DNA of 64,000 bases from a candidate division FCPU426 bacterium (GTDB lineage: Bacteria; Oederibacteriota; PGYV01; Palsa-1178): assembly GCA_963840035.1 (NCBI GenBank), contig CAWIXE010000003.1, positions 256,001 to 320,000 of the forward strand. Direction: 5' to 3'. How positions within the stretch are numbered: position 1 is the first letter of the stretch; every line of letters begins with the position of its first letter. The position numbers and the translations under genes are program-made. The notes beneath the pieces are model-generated. The model ran no database searches. It had not been told where the DNA came from and saw nothing but the letters and a program-made list of their open reading frames with translations. Shown here piece after piece: positions 1-9,957 of the stretch.

Positions 1-9
1 GGATGCCTT

Positions 10-195
10 TAATTGAAAATATAAAATTGAAAATTGACAATTTGCATTAAAAACACGCAACTTTTATGATATAATTATGTCATATAAGGGTGGATAAATA
101 CTGATTTTAAATTTTCAATTGTCGATTTTCAATTGAATTCAAGACGGGACGGTACTGCCTTTAATTGAAAATTGAAAATTTAGAATTGAAAATTG
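10..195. repeat. Degenerate 7-bp tandem repeats (AAATTGA)n/(TCAATTT)n arranged as inverted blocks
   Basis: aattgaaaat...aaattgaaaattgacaattt and ttttcaatt blocks. The same family recurs near 1368-1402, 5547-5577, 8688-8720, 8777-8810, 16470-16500, 27343-27378, 29364-29400 and 38590-38668. Confidence 0.75.
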
Positions 196-203
196 GAGGT
201 CTT

Positions 204-659
204 ATGCTTGGATTCGACGATAAAAGCGACGGTGAGATTCATTTCGGGGCTGAAAAGCGGGAGTATCCGCGCGTACCTATGACTTGCCCGGTGCGTTACA
301 GGGTGTTAAGCAAGGAAGAGGGCGATAAGGCCCTGGGCAAGTTCGCCGACCACTCAAAACTTCTGGATCAGTATGACGAGACCGAGACGGTTAATGTCTC
401 CAAAAACGGAATTGCCATGTATACCAACGAAGAGATACCGGTTAAATCCCTTATGGCTGTTAATATGCATTTCTCAATCCCGGGGATAGCGGCCAACTGC
501 AAGGCAATAGCCGAGGTAATACGCAGGATAAAAAGCGACAATGAAAAATATAAATACACCGTGGCGCTTAAGTTCGTTAAAATAACACACCATAACCTTA
601 AAAACTACAAGTTTCTTGATTTGAAGAACCTGCTGGATGTTAATGATCCGATGGCGTAA
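204..659 (+). CDS. PilZ-domain (c-di-GMP receptor) protein
   Basis: RxxxR (KREYPR) and NxSxxG (NVSKNG) motifs; GGAGG RBS before ATG 204. Confidence 0.8.
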   Translation: MLGFDDKSDGEIHFGAEKREYPRVPMTCPVRYRVLSKEEGDKALGKFADHSKLLDQYDETETVNVSKNGIAMYTNEEIPVKSLMAVNMHFSIPGIAANCKAIAEVIRRIKSDNEKYKYTVALKFVKITHHNLKNYKFLDLKNLLDVNDPMA

Positions 660-660
660 A

Positions 661-856
661 GGCGGTCTCAGGTAAGGCGGTCTCAGATAAGGCGGTCTCA
701 GATAAGGCGGTCTCAGGTAAGGCGGTCTCAGATAAGGCGGTCTCAGATAAGGCGGTCTCAGATAAGGCGGTCTCAGATAAGGCGGTCTCAGATAAGACGG
801 TCTCAGATAAGACGGTTCACCTGAGACAATCCACCTGAGACGATCTACCTGAGACA
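661..856. repeat. 15-bp tandem array (GGCGGTCTCAG[A/G]TAA x10) followed by 3 inverted ACCTGAGAC units
   Basis: Ten units at 661-810; then cacctgagac, cacctgagac and tacctgagac at about 818-855, which are reverse complements of the GTCTCAGGT core. Confidence 0.95.
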
Positions 857-896
857 TTAGACCAACAACACAAATTCTAAAGAAAACGAGGCCCTA

Positions 897-1367
897 ATGG
901 CACCCGGCGACATGAAGGAAGAAAAACAGGAAGGCGAGCTTTTAATACCGCAGGAGCGCAGGGATTACCCGAGGATTGCCGTTAATGTAAAGGTGAAGTA
1001 CCGCATCCTGGAAAATGACGAGGCGGATAATGCGCTCGTCAAGCACTTTGACCCGGAAAAGATATTTATAACTTGCAGCACATGTGAGGTTGTAAATGTT
1101 TCAACTTCCGGTCTGTTAATGTATACGCAGGAAAATGTGCCCCAGAAAAGTTTTATGGCAGTGCATATGGTTCTTCCCATGCCGGGGCTGGCCTGTTCAT
1201 GCAAAGCCGTAGCTGAAGTCATAAGGTGTGATAAAGAAGGGGATAATAAATACTTAATAGCCCTGAAATTCCTTAAAGTTATACACCATAACCTGAATAA
1301 GTTCAAATTCATGTCATTAAATGACCTGCTTGAAATTAAGGGCGGGGAAGATATAAAGCTCGGGTAG
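897..1367 (+). CDS. PilZ-domain protein, paralog of 204-659
   Basis: RRDYPR and NVSTSG motifs; shares CKAxAEVIR and ALKFxKxxHHNL with the upstream gene. Confidence 0.8.
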   Translation: MAPGDMKEEKQEGELLIPQERRDYPRIAVNVKVKYRILENDEADNALVKHFDPEKIFITCSTCEVVNVSTSGLLMYTQENVPQKSFMAVHMVLPMPGLACSCKAVAEVIRCDKEGDNKYLIALKFLKVIHHNLNKFKFMSLNDLLEIKGGEDIKLG

Positions 1368-1493
1368 TTCAATTTTGGATTCTAGATTTAGAATCCAGAA
1401 TTCGTTTTATTCTTGATTTTTACCCCCCAATATGTTATATTTATCAAAGTTAAGATATACCAGAGACACTGACTAGAGCATGGTGAAAACGCT

Positions 1494-1521
1494 AAGCGGG
1501 GCAGTACAGTCTCCGCTTTTT
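1494..1521 (+). promoter_or_regulatory. rimP leader hairpin / attenuator-like element
   Basis: AAGCGGGG-cagtacagt-CTCCGCTT followed by a T run, about 30 nt upstream of rimP; a terminator-like leader is typical of rimP-nusA-infB operons. Confidence 0.55.
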
Positions 1522-1549
1522 GAATTTTATGGGCACAAACAGGAGAAAT

Positions 1550-2065
1550 ATGGCTGATTTGCACGAATTACTGAATAAAATAGAGTCTGTAATTGCGCCC
1601 GTGATACAGGCAAATAACCTTGAGCTTGTGGATGTTGAGGTTGCGGGGGCAAATTACCTGAGAATCAGGGTCGGAAAACCGGATTCCATGATAACACTGG
1701 ATGAGTGCGCCGACATAAGCAGGAAGATAGAAGAAGCGCTGGATATGTCGGAGGCCATCGCTGATAAATATATTTTAGAGGTTTCATCACCCGGGATAAA
1801 CCGGCCGCTTAAGAAAGCCGAAGATTTTATCAGGTTCACGGGCAGGCAGGTAAAGGTAATTACCAGGGAAAAAATAAATGACACGCACTTGATTACAGGA
1901 ATCCTTGAAGGCATAAGGGACGGAAAAGTCCTGGTTAAGTCAGGCGACACAGTGACAGAAGTGCCACTTGAGATCATTAAGAAGGCACACATAGATGAAG
2001 AGGATTTGTTTTTAAAAAACACCCCGCCGGTAAATGGCGGGCCCAGAGGAGAACAACATGAGTAA
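1550..2065 (+). CDS. rimP: Ribosome maturation factor RimP
   Basis: YILEVSSPGINRPL motif; first gene of the nusA-infB operon; AGGAG RBS before ATG 1550. Confidence 0.95.
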   Translation: MADLHELLNKIESVIAPVIQANNLELVDVEVAGANYLRIRVGKPDSMITLDECADISRKIEEALDMSEAIADKYILEVSSPGINRPLKKAEDFIRFTGRQVKVITREKINDTHLITGILEGIRDGKVLVKSGDTVTEVPLEIIKKAHIDEEDLFLKNTPPVNGGPRGEQHE

Positions 2066-3332
2066 CGAAATTTTAGCTATTTTTCAGCAGGTTGAAAAGT
2101 TAAAGAACATTCCGGAAGGGGATCTTATAAAAGCTTTCGAGCGCGGCATTACATCCGCGGCGAGGAAGGTATATGGGGGCCATCCCGAGATCAGGGTGGA
2201 TTTAAACGGCGGCGAGGTAAAGTTTTACTGGAAAAAGGCCGTAGTCGAGGAAGTCTCGAACGAATACGTGGAAATAAACGTGGCTGACGCTCAGAAGATA
2301 AAGGAAGAAGCGAAGCTGGGAGACATAATGGAAGTGCTCTTTTACCCTAAAGAATTTGGAAGGATAGCCGCGCAGACCACAAAGCAGGTTATCACGCAGA
2401 AAATAAGGGAAGTGGAAAAAGAGCAGATTTTCCAGGAGTATAAGGATAAAGAAGGAACCATCATAACCGGCGTAGTGCACGCGGTCGAGAACGGCAACCT
2501 TGTAATTGATATGGGGCTGGTCGAAGGCATACTGCGCGAAAAAGAGATGGTCCCGAAGGAAGAGTACAGGATAGGCGAGAGGATGAGGGCTTACGTTTTA
2601 AAGACAAACAGGGGCAAGGAAGGCGCGCGGCTTGAGCTCTCCAGGACGCACCCGAATTTCATAAAAGAAATATTCGGCATGGAAGTCACGGAAGTGGACC
2701 AGGGCGTTGTGGAAATAAAATACGTGGCGCGCGAACCGGGCGTTAAAACCAAGGTTGTAGTGGCGTCAAACGATTCGCACGTGGACCCTGTGGGAGCGTG
2801 CATAGGCGTTAAGGGAAGCAGAATACAGACTATAATCAGGGAACTCCACGGTGAGAAAGTGGACGTGGTGCTCTACAGCGATGACATAAAGAAATATCTG
2901 GCAAGCGCCATAGCGCCTATAGAGATAAAGGACATATATATTGACGAACCGAACAAGTACACCATAATTGCCGTGCCTGACGAGCAGTTCTCCCAGGTAA
3001 TCGGCAAGAACGGCGTTAACATGAGGCTTGTCGCGAAGATAACAAAGTGGAAGGTATCGGTTTTGCGCGCGTCGGAATTTCTGCCGGAGCGCCTTGATTC
3101 CATGAAGCATAATTTCAGCGAACAGGTGGAATATGACCTGTTTAAACTGAACACGGACCTGGAAGTAAAGGTACTCAAGGAGATAAAAGCCGCGGGCGTA
3201 AAAAACCTCAAGGATTTTGTGGCCGCGGACGACAAGCTTCTGCGCGAGGTTATCGGCGCTGACGAGAAAAAAATAAAAGAGCTCAAAGCCAAGGCCGAGG
3301 CGTTCATCAGGCACGGAGAGGAAAAAGAATAA
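2058..3332 (+). CDS. nusA: Transcription termination/antitermination factor NusA
   Basis: FGRIAAQTTKQVI, S1 domain, and KH motifs AREPG, DPVGACIG and IGKNGVN. Confidence 0.97.
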   Translation: MSNEILAIFQQVEKLKNIPEGDLIKAFERGITSAARKVYGGHPEIRVDLNGGEVKFYWKKAVVEEVSNEYVEINVADAQKIKEEAKLGDIMEVLFYPKEFGRIAAQTTKQVITQKIREVEKEQIFQEYKDKEGTIITGVVHAVENGNLVIDMGLVEGILREKEMVPKEEYRIGERMRAYVLKTNRGKEGARLELSRTHPNFIKEIFGMEVTEVDQGVVEIKYVAREPGVKTKVVVASNDSHVDPVGACIGVKGSRIQTIIRELHGEKVDVVLYSDDIKKYLASAIAPIEIKDIYIDEPNKYTIIAVPDEQFSQVIGKNGVNMRLVAKITKWKVSVLRASEFLPERLDSMKHNFSEQVEYDLFKLNTDLEVKVLKEIKAAGVKNLKDFVAADDKLLREVIGADEKKIKELKAKAEAFIRHGEEKE

Positions 3333-5546
3333 ATGAGAATACACGAAGCTGCGAAAAAACTCAACATTGACTCAAAGATACTGATTGACTCCCTGAAAAA
3401 ACACGGGGTTGACGCAAAAAGCCACATGAGCGCAATTACGGACGACGATTACGCCAGGCTTGAGGCTGAATTTTCAGGAAAGGGAGCGGCAACAGCGCCT
3501 TCTGAAAAACATGAAGAAAAGAAGCACGAAGTAAAGCATGAGCCCAAACACGAAGTTAAGCACGAGGTAAAGGCAGAAGTAAAGCACGAGCCAAAGCACG
3601 AAGTAAAGCACGAAGTTAAAAAAGAAGAGGCAAAACCAGCCCCTGTGCCTGTTGTTCCGGCCGCTGTAAAGCCCGCGCCGCAGCCCGTGCAGCCGGCTCC
3701 GCAGCCGGTAAAAGCCGCGCAGCCTGCCGCGCCCGAGCCTGTTGCCGTGAAACCGCAGCCTGAGCCTGTTGTTCCTCCGGCAGCGCCGAAGGAAGTAATA
3801 GAGATAGGCCGCAGCGTAACCGTGACTGAGCTGGCGAAAAAGCTTGAGATAAAACCCACAGAACTAATTAAGAAATTATTTTCCCTCGGAATGATGGCGA
3901 CCATGAACCAGACGTTAAACGAGGAGGAGATACACATAGTCGTTAATGAACTTGGAAAGGAAGTCGTATTCAAGGACGTTTATGGAGAGGACATATTTGA
4001 GGAAGAACCGGACAAACCCGAGGACTTAAAACCGAGAGCCCCGATAGTTACCATAATGGGCCACGTCGACCACGGAAAGACATCGCTGCTGGATGCCATA
4101 CGCGAATCAAACGTGGCGGCCGGGGAAAAAGGCGGAATCACGCAGAAGATAGGCGCTTATAAAGTCGCGACCACCCACGGAGAGGTAGTATTCCTCGATA
4201 CTCCGGGCCATGAGGCTTTTACAGCTATGAGGGCAAGGGGCGCCAAATCAACGGATATAGTAGTGCTTATAGTGGCGGCTGACGACGGCATAATGCCGCA
4301 GACAGTCGAAGCCATAGACCACGCGAAAGCGGCCGGCGCGCCGATAATTGTGGCTATCAATAAAATAGACAAAGAAGGGTCAAACCCGGAAAAGATAAAA
4401 CAGGAACTTACAAAATATAACCTCGTATCCGAGGCATGGGGCGGCAAGACGCAGATCGTACCCATATCCGCCAAAAAAAGGCTCGGTATCAGCGAACTCC
4501 TGGAAGCCATCCTGCTCGAAGCGGAAATGCTTGAGCTTAAGACAAACCCTGACGCGGTGCCGTTCGGAGTCATCATCGAAGGCAAGCTTGATAAAGGCCG
4601 CGGGCCCGTGGGGACCATGCTCCTTCAGAAAGGCACCCTTAAAGTAGGCGACCCGTTCCTGACAAATTTTACTTACGGCAAGGTCAGGGCGCTTTATGAC
4701 GATAAGGGCCACCGCATAAAAGAGGCAAAGGCTGTCATGCCCGTCGAGATAGTCGGCTTTGAGGACGTGCCAAACGCTGGCGATAAGGTAAAAGTTTTCT
4801 ACAATGAAAAAGAGATGAAACAGATAGCTTTAAAACGTTCGAGCGAAGTAAGGCGCTACGCCGAGGAAAAGAAGAAAAAGAAAATGACCCTCGAGGACCT
4901 GCATAAAAAGATCGAACTTGGGCTTGAAAAGAAGCTCAACCTGATCATCAAAGGCGACGGCATAGGTTCCATAGAAGCCATTGTTGATTCCATTTCAAGG
5001 ATATCCACCGAGTCTAATATAAGCGCCCAGGTAATACACAGGGACGTGGGAGACATAACGGAGAACGATGTGCTATTAGCGGACGCTTCAAACGCGGTTA
5101 TAATCGGGTTCTTCGTATCGACCCTGCCCGCGGCAAAGGAACTCGCTTATAAGGAAGGCGTTGAAATAAAGATATACCACATCATTTATGAGGTTGTTGA
5201 CGCTATAAAAGCCGCCATGGCAGGGCTTCTTGAGCCGGAATATGAGAATATTAAAATCGGCGAAGCAGAGGTCAGGCAGCTGTTTAAGGTGGAAAGCGAG
5301 AACATGACCATCGCGGGTTCGTACATGAGGAGCGGAAAGGCTTATCATGACTCGCCGGTATCCGTCATCCGCGGCGGGCACGAGTTCCTGGCATCCAAGG
5401 TAAATTCGCTGCGCAGGTTCAAGGATAATGTAAAGGAAGTTAAGGAAGGTTTTGAGTGCGGAGTGGTAATAGAAGGCTATAAGGAGCCGCGCGAAGGCGA
5501 TTCGATAATATTCTTTGAGGAAGTTCAGAAGGTAAGGAAAATATAA
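3333..5546 (+). CDS. infB: Translation initiation factor IF-2
   Basis: [17 protein letters not shown] and NKID GTPase motifs; N-terminal KHEV / Pro-Ala low-complexity linker. Confidence 0.98.
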   Translation: MRIHEAAKKLNIDSKILIDSLKKHGVDAKSHMSAITDDDYARLEAEFSGKGAATAPSEKHEEKKHEVKHEPKHEVKHEVKAEVKHEPKHEVKHEVKKEEAKPAPVPVVPAAVKPAPQPVQPAPQPVKAAQPAAPEPVAVKPQPEPVVPPAAPKEVIEIGRSVTVTELAKKLEIKPTELIKKLFSLGMMATMNQTLNEEEIHIVVNELGKEVVFKDVYGEDIFEEEPDKPEDLKPRAPIVTIMGHVDHGKTSLLDAIRESNVAAGEKGGITQKIGAYKVATTHGEVVFLDTPGHEAFTAMRARGAKSTDIVVLIVAADDGIMPQTVEAIDHAKAAGAPIIVAINKIDKEGSNPEKIKQELTKYNLVSEAWGGKTQIVPISAKKRLGISELLEAILLEAEMLELKTNPDAVPFGVIIEGKLDKGRGPVGTMLLQKGTLKVGDPFLTNFTYGKVRALYDDKGHRIKEAKAVMPVEIVGFEDVPNAGDKVKVFYNEKEMKQIALKRSSEVRRYAEEKKKKKMTLEDLHKKIELGLEKKLNLIIKGDGIGSIEAIVDSISRISTESNISAQVIHRDVGDITENDVLLADASNAVIIGFFVSTLPAAKELAYKEGVEIKIYHIIYEVVDAIKAAMAGLLEPEYENIKIGEAEVRQLFKVESENMTIAGSYMRSGKAYHDSPVSVIRGGHEFLASKVNSLRRFKDNVKEVKEGFECGVVIEGYKEPREGDSIIFFEEVQKVRKI

Positions 5547-5592
5547 TTTTCAATTTTATATTTTGAATTTTCAATTAAAGGCGGAAAAAACC

Positions 5593-5656
5593 GGTAGCCG
5601 CACCCCCATATGTCCGTCATAGCTTAGCGAAGACGGATTCGCTTCACCGGGGTGCG
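5593..5656 (+). repeat. GGTAGCCGCA-type palindromic repeat with a second hairpin inserted
   Basis: ggtagccgcacccc...ggggtgcg interrupted by tccgtc-atagcttagcgaa-gacgga. Confidence 0.6.
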
Positions 5657-5757
5657 TTACGCGGGATTGCAAGTGTTATATGATTTAGAACCACACCCTT
5701 AGGGCAGTCCGCAATTTGGGACTTGTGATTTGGGATTTGTGATTATAGGCGGTTCAA

Positions 5758-6129
5758 ATGAAGAAACTGCGTCAACTTAAAGTGGAAAGCCTGCTTAAAC
5801 GCGAGATTGCCACGTTAATACTTATGGAAGTTAAGAACCCCAAGGTGAAGTTTGTGACCGTTACCGGGGTGAGCCTTTCGCATGACTTGAAGATAGCAAA
5901 TGTTTTTGTATCAGTCATGGGTGACGATGAAACAAAGAAAAAAGCGATCAAAGGGCTTAAAGACACCTCGAAATTCCTGCGCCACCGCATCGGGGAGAAC
6001 ATAGACTTAAGGTACAATCCTGAGATAAAATTCGAGCTTGATAATTCCATTGACGAGCACGCGAGGGTGGATATGCTTCTGCAGAAGATAGAGGATGAAA
6101 AAAAGGCGGGTGAAAAACAGGATGAATGA
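5758..6129 (+). CDS. rbfA: Ribosome-binding factor A
   Basis: VTVTGVSLSHDLKIANVFVS and LRYNPEIKFELD; follows infB. Confidence 0.95.
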   Translation: MKKLRQLKVESLLKREIATLILMEVKNPKVKFVTVTGVSLSHDLKIANVFVSVMGDDETKKKAIKGLKDTSKFLRHRIGENIDLRYNPEIKFELDNSIDEHARVDMLLQKIEDEKKAGEKQDE

Positions 6130-7102
6130 AGAAAGAATGCAGGTGGAAAAGCTTGCTGAAATGATTAAGGCTTCAAAAAAGATTCTTTTATCGACGCACA
6201 TAAATCCGGACGGCGACGGCATAGGCTCCGGGCTGGCCCTTATAAATAAACTCGTAAAAATGGGCAAGAAAGTGGATTTTATAAACCGCGACCCGCTTCC
6301 TTCCATATATAACTTCCTTCCGGGAAGCGAAAAGGTTCAGCAGGCAAAAAAAGTCACAGGCCGGTACGACCTGGCCATAGTGCTTGAGTGCCCCGAACTC
6401 GAGAGGAACGGCGGCATCATAGATTACGCGGCACAGGTAAAGTTCACCGTAAACATAGACCACCACCTCGGCAACACCATGTATGGCGATTTAAATATCG
6501 TCGACCCAAAGGCTTCGGCAGTGGGCGAGCAGCTTTACAGGATTATGAGGGAATTAAAGTGGGAGATAGATAAGGACGTTGCGACTTGCATATACACATC
6601 CATCGCGACGGACACCGGTTCTTTCAGGTACTCCAACACATCGCCTGACGTGCACATAATAGCCTCTGAACTTTTAAAGGAAGGCGCTGACCCGGAATAT
6701 ATTTCATCCGAGGTGTACGCGACTTCAGAAGCCGCGGTAAAGCTTTTAAACCTCACGCTATCAAAGATGAAGGTGGAAGGCAGGATAGGTTACAGCTACC
6801 TTTCAAAAGCCATGTTTAAGGCCACCGGAGCGCAGGAGTCCGAGACGGACGGTTATATTAATAACATCAGGTCAATCAGGACAGTGGAAATAGCAATGCT
6901 TTTTAAGGAATTAAATAAGAACGCTGTAAAGGTGTCATTCAGGTCCAAAAACGGGGCCGATGTGAATTTTATAGCCCGCAAGTTTAAAGGCGGCGGACAC
7001 AAGCACGCGGCAGGGGCGGTCATAAATTACCCGCTGGCCAAGTCCATAAAGCTGGTATTATCCGAAGTCAGAAAATATTACAGGCTTAGAAAGGCAAAAT
7101 GA
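6122..7102 (+). CDS. nrnA: DHH/DHHA1 phosphoesterase (NrnA-like oligoribonuclease/pAp phosphatase)
   Basis: HINPDGD, IDHH, DTGSF and GGGHKHAAG motifs. Confidence 0.88.
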   Translation: MNEERMQVEKLAEMIKASKKILLSTHINPDGDGIGSGLALINKLVKMGKKVDFINRDPLPSIYNFLPGSEKVQQAKKVTGRYDLAIVLECPELERNGGIIDYAAQVKFTVNIDHHLGNTMYGDLNIVDPKASAVGEQLYRIMRELKWEIDKDVATCIYTSIATDTGSFRYSNTSPDVHIIASELLKEGADPEYISSEVYATSEAAVKLLNLTLSKMKVEGRIGYSYLSKAMFKATGAQESETDGYINNIRSIRTVEIAMLFKELNKNAVKVSFRSKNGADVNFIARKFKGGGHKHAAGAVINYPLAKSIKLVLSEVRKYYRLRKAK

Positions 7103-8022
7103 AGGTCATCCACAGCCTCTCCGGCATCAAGCCGCAGAAAAAAAAGACGGCTGTCACCATAGGCGTTTTTGACGGCGTGCACGTGGGCCACGTGAAGCTA
7201 ATCGAATCCACCATAAAGTGCGCCGGGTCCCTAGGCGGAAAAAGCGCCGTAATAACCTTCGTCACACACCCTGAAAAACACCTCAATAAAGAGACCGATT
7301 TAAAACTCATAAAAAACACAAGCGCCAAAATAAGCAGGATAAAAAGCCACGGCATAGACATACTTGTGCTGCTGGATTTCAGGGAAGTATGGGGCTTAAC
7401 AGCCGAGGAATTCGTCCGGGATATACTGGTGAAAAAACTCAACATAGGCTGCATTACGGTCGGCAGGGATTTTAATTTCGGCAAAGGCGGTACAGGCAAC
7501 GCGGCCATGCTTGCGGAACTGGGGAAGAAATACGGCTTTATTACGAACGTCGTAAGCGATGTGATGATAGGCGGCAGGCGGGTTTCCAGCACTTACATAA
7601 GGGAATGCCTGAAAAAAGGGGACATAAAGAAAGCTGAGAAGATGCTGGGAAGGCAGTATTCCATAAAAGGAAAAGTGCTGCGCGGGGCCCATGTGGGTTT
7701 TGATTTCCCTACGGCAAACCTGGCCCTTGATTATGATGAGATACCGGCGCGGGGAGTATGGGCCGTTAAGGTCGAATCGGCCGGAAAAAATTATACGGGC
7801 GCGGCGAACATAGGTTTCGCCCCGACCCTGAAAAACGAAAAAAAGCAGCTGCTTGAGGTATTTATATTTGATTTTCACAAGAACATATATGGAAAAGAAA
7901 TAAAGGTGACGTTCCTGGAACGCTTAAGGGACGAGAAGAAGTTTAAGTCAAAAGCCGCGCTTCTAAAAAGGGTGGAGCAGGACATAGCATATATAAAGAA
8001 AAGATACAGCAAACGAGGTTGA
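7099..8022 (+). CDS. ribF: Bifunctional riboflavin kinase/FAD synthetase
   Basis: GVFDGVHVGH, VSSTYIR, FPTAN and LRDEKKF motifs. Confidence 0.95.
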   Translation: MKVIHSLSGIKPQKKKTAVTIGVFDGVHVGHVKLIESTIKCAGSLGGKSAVITFVTHPEKHLNKETDLKLIKNTSAKISRIKSHGIDILVLLDFREVWGLTAEEFVRDILVKKLNIGCITVGRDFNFGKGGTGNAAMLAELGKKYGFITNVVSDVMIGGRRVSSTYIRECLKKGDIKKAEKMLGRQYSIKGKVLRGAHVGFDFPTANLALDYDEIPARGVWAVKVESAGKNYTGAANIGFAPTLKNEKKQLLEVFIFDFHKNIYGKEIKVTFLERLRDEKKFKSKAALLKRVEQDIAYIKKRYSKRG

Positions 8023-8040
8023 TGTTTTAAAGTTAGTTTT

Positions 8041-8104
8041 TGTAGGGGCGATTCACGAATCGCCCAGACCAGGCAGGGTGGGCAATTCATGAATTGCCCC
8101 TACA
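8041..8104. repeat. GTAG-type REP doublet (REPIN-like)
   Basis: GTAGGGGCGATTCACGAATCGCCC ... GGGCAATTCATGAATTGCCCCTAC in inverted orientation. Confidence 0.85.
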
Positions 8105-8151
8105 AGGACGGAAAAACAGAAAGTATATAAAAACTCTTAAGGGGGTATTTC

Positions 8152-8688
8152 ATGAAAATTCAGGAAAAGGTCGCGAATTCGTTTGTGTACTTTTTTAAGG
8201 AACCGTGGACTTTCATACTCGCGGGGCTTGTGGCAGGGCTTTTAACTGTGGTTACAATCGGCATACTCGGCCCGGTAATGCTGCTGGGACTTACTGAAAT
8301 GTTTTATAAGATGAGGGACGGGGTTAAACCGACCCTGGACGACCTTTTCATACACATGGATAAAACACTCATGCTCGCGATACAGGGGCTTGTTATGGGT
8401 ATTGCCATAGGGCTTGGTATCGTCCTTCTCATAATCCCGGGCCTGATCCTTGCCGCGCTGTGGATGTACGCGCCGTATTACATGGGTTTTAAAGGAATGG
8501 GCCTGACAGAATCGCTCAAAGCCAGCATTCATACGGTGAACAAGAACGGACTGATGAACCACATATTCATCATGCTCGTCATGGCCCTTGTCATGGGCAT
8601 AGGCGCGCAGATAGTGATAGGCACGCTCTTTACCTTCCCGTTAACCGCGGCATTTTTGGGGTTTTTGTTTGAGGAAGTGAAAGAATAA
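8152..8688 (+). CDS. Integral membrane protein (about 4 TM)
   Basis: Hydrophobic segments; GIVLLIIPG motif typical of DUF975/DUF2189-like proteins. Confidence 0.7.
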   Translation: MKIQEKVANSFVYFFKEPWTFILAGLVAGLLTVVTIGILGPVMLLGLTEMFYKMRDGVKPTLDDLFIHMDKTLMLAIQGLVMGIAIGLGIVLLIIPGLILAALWMYAPYYMGFKGMGLTESLKASIHTVNKNGLMNHIFIMLVMALVMGIGAQIVIGTLFTFPLTAAFLGFLFEEVKE

Positions 8689-8716
8689 TTTTCAATTTTA
8701 AATTTTAGATTTTCAA

Positions 8717-8767
8717 TTCAATAGAAAAAGGCGAAGCTTTTTAACTGCTTCGCCTTTTTCTATTGAA
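8717..8767. terminator. Bidirectional intrinsic terminator
   Basis: ttcaatagaaaaaggcgaagc / gcttcgcctttttctattgaa between convergent genes. Confidence 0.85.
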
Positions 8768-8800
8768 AGTGTATTTAATTGAAAATTGAAAATTCAGAAT

Positions 8801-9721
8801 TTAAAATTCAGCCATCCGTACCAAATTCCTCCCGCCTTTTTTCGCGGAGTAGAGGGCGTCGTCGGCTAACTTTATCATGGACTTGGCGTCTTTTATCTTT
8901 GAGTTCCAGACGCAAACCCCCGCGCTTATGGTTATCTTAAATTCCTTGTCCTCGCAGAAAAATGTGGTGGCCTCTATGGTGGAGCGCAGCCTCTCGGCTA
9001 AGTATGTGGATGATTTAAGGTCTGAGATGGGGCCTAAGATTATGAATTCCTCTCCTCCGTACCTGCCCACAATGTTAATGTCCCTTGATTTTGACTGCAT
9101 GATTGCCGCAAGCGTCTTTAATACATGGTCACCGCAGGGGTGGCCGTAGGTGTCGTTTACTTTTTTAAAATGGTCAATGTCTATCATGATGACGCCCATG
9201 GGCGAGTCTGTCAGCTTCGCGGCTTCAAACTGCTTTTCAAGCGCCTCGTTTATGAACTTCCTGTTGAACAATCCGGTCAGCGCGTCCCTGTTAGCCTCGT
9301 CCTGAAGTTTTTCCGCCTTTTCCTCCAGCGTGTAATAGCTCTTGTGCAGGGCGTTTGTCAGGTCGCGGTAGGAGATCAGGCCCACGAGTTTGTTGTCTTT
9401 TGTGATGGGTATCCTTCTTATGCCGTTTAAGGTCATGAGTATCACGGCTGAGTTTATGTCCTCGTCAGGGTCAAGGGTCAACACCGGCGCGGACATGATG
9501 TCCTGAGCCTGCTTTTTGAATATCTCTTCCTTATAAGTAACCAGGGCCTGTATGACGTCGCGTTCGGTTATGATGCCGATAGGGACGTTCTCCTTATTAG
9601 TAACGACAACCGCGCCGATGCGGTGCTTCTGCAGCCGCTCCAGCATGGAAAGCACAGAATCTTCCTTGCGGGTAGTAAGCACGTCCTTCGACATGACAGC
9701 GCCTATTTTTACCATGGGCAT
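8801..9721 (-). CDS. CBS-pair + GGDEF diguanylate cyclase
   Basis: Two CBS domains (GIITERD, IRRIPI); DALTGLFNR, DIDHFKKVND and GRYGGEEF motifs. Confidence 0.93.
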   Translation of the reverse strand: MPMVKIGAVMSKDVLTTRKEDSVLSMLERLQKHRIGAVVVTNKENVPIGIITERDVIQALVTYKEEIFKKQAQDIMSAPVLTLDPDEDINSAVILMTLNGIRRIPITKDNKLVGLISYRDLTNALHKSYYTLEEKAEKLQDEANRDALTGLFNRKFINEALEKQFEAAKLTDSPMGVIMIDIDHFKKVNDTYGHPCGDHVLKTLAAIMQSKSRDINIVGRYGGEEFIILGPISDLKSSTYLAERLRSTIEATTFFCEDKEFKITISAGVCVWNSKIKDAKSMIKLADDALYSAKKGGRNLVRMAEF

Positions 9722-9957
9722 GTAAAACCTCCGTTTAGTTATAGAGACAGGAGACTGGAGACAGGAGTAAACCCTATAACCCCGGTCAGCCCTGTTTCAA
9801 TTATTCTATATAATACGAGGGAAAATGTCAATCAAACAGGGGTAAAAAAACAGCCTTTCAATAATTGACAAAATAGTTAAAAAAATATATAATATTTATG
9901 TACACTTTACCAACATGCAGGGAAGAATAATACATAGAAAATTGGAGCGGTTCAATT

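Noticed and set aside
661..810. Possible CRISPR array
   Set aside because: Units are contiguous 15-mers with no unique spacers, and no cas genes are present.
474..857. Minus-strand ORF encoding (YLRPP)n
   Set aside because: By-product of the 15-bp DNA repeat; overlaps the PilZ gene antisense and has no RBS.
3500..3790. KHEV and PAPQ repeats in infB
   Set aside because: Ordinary variable IF-2 N-terminal linker.
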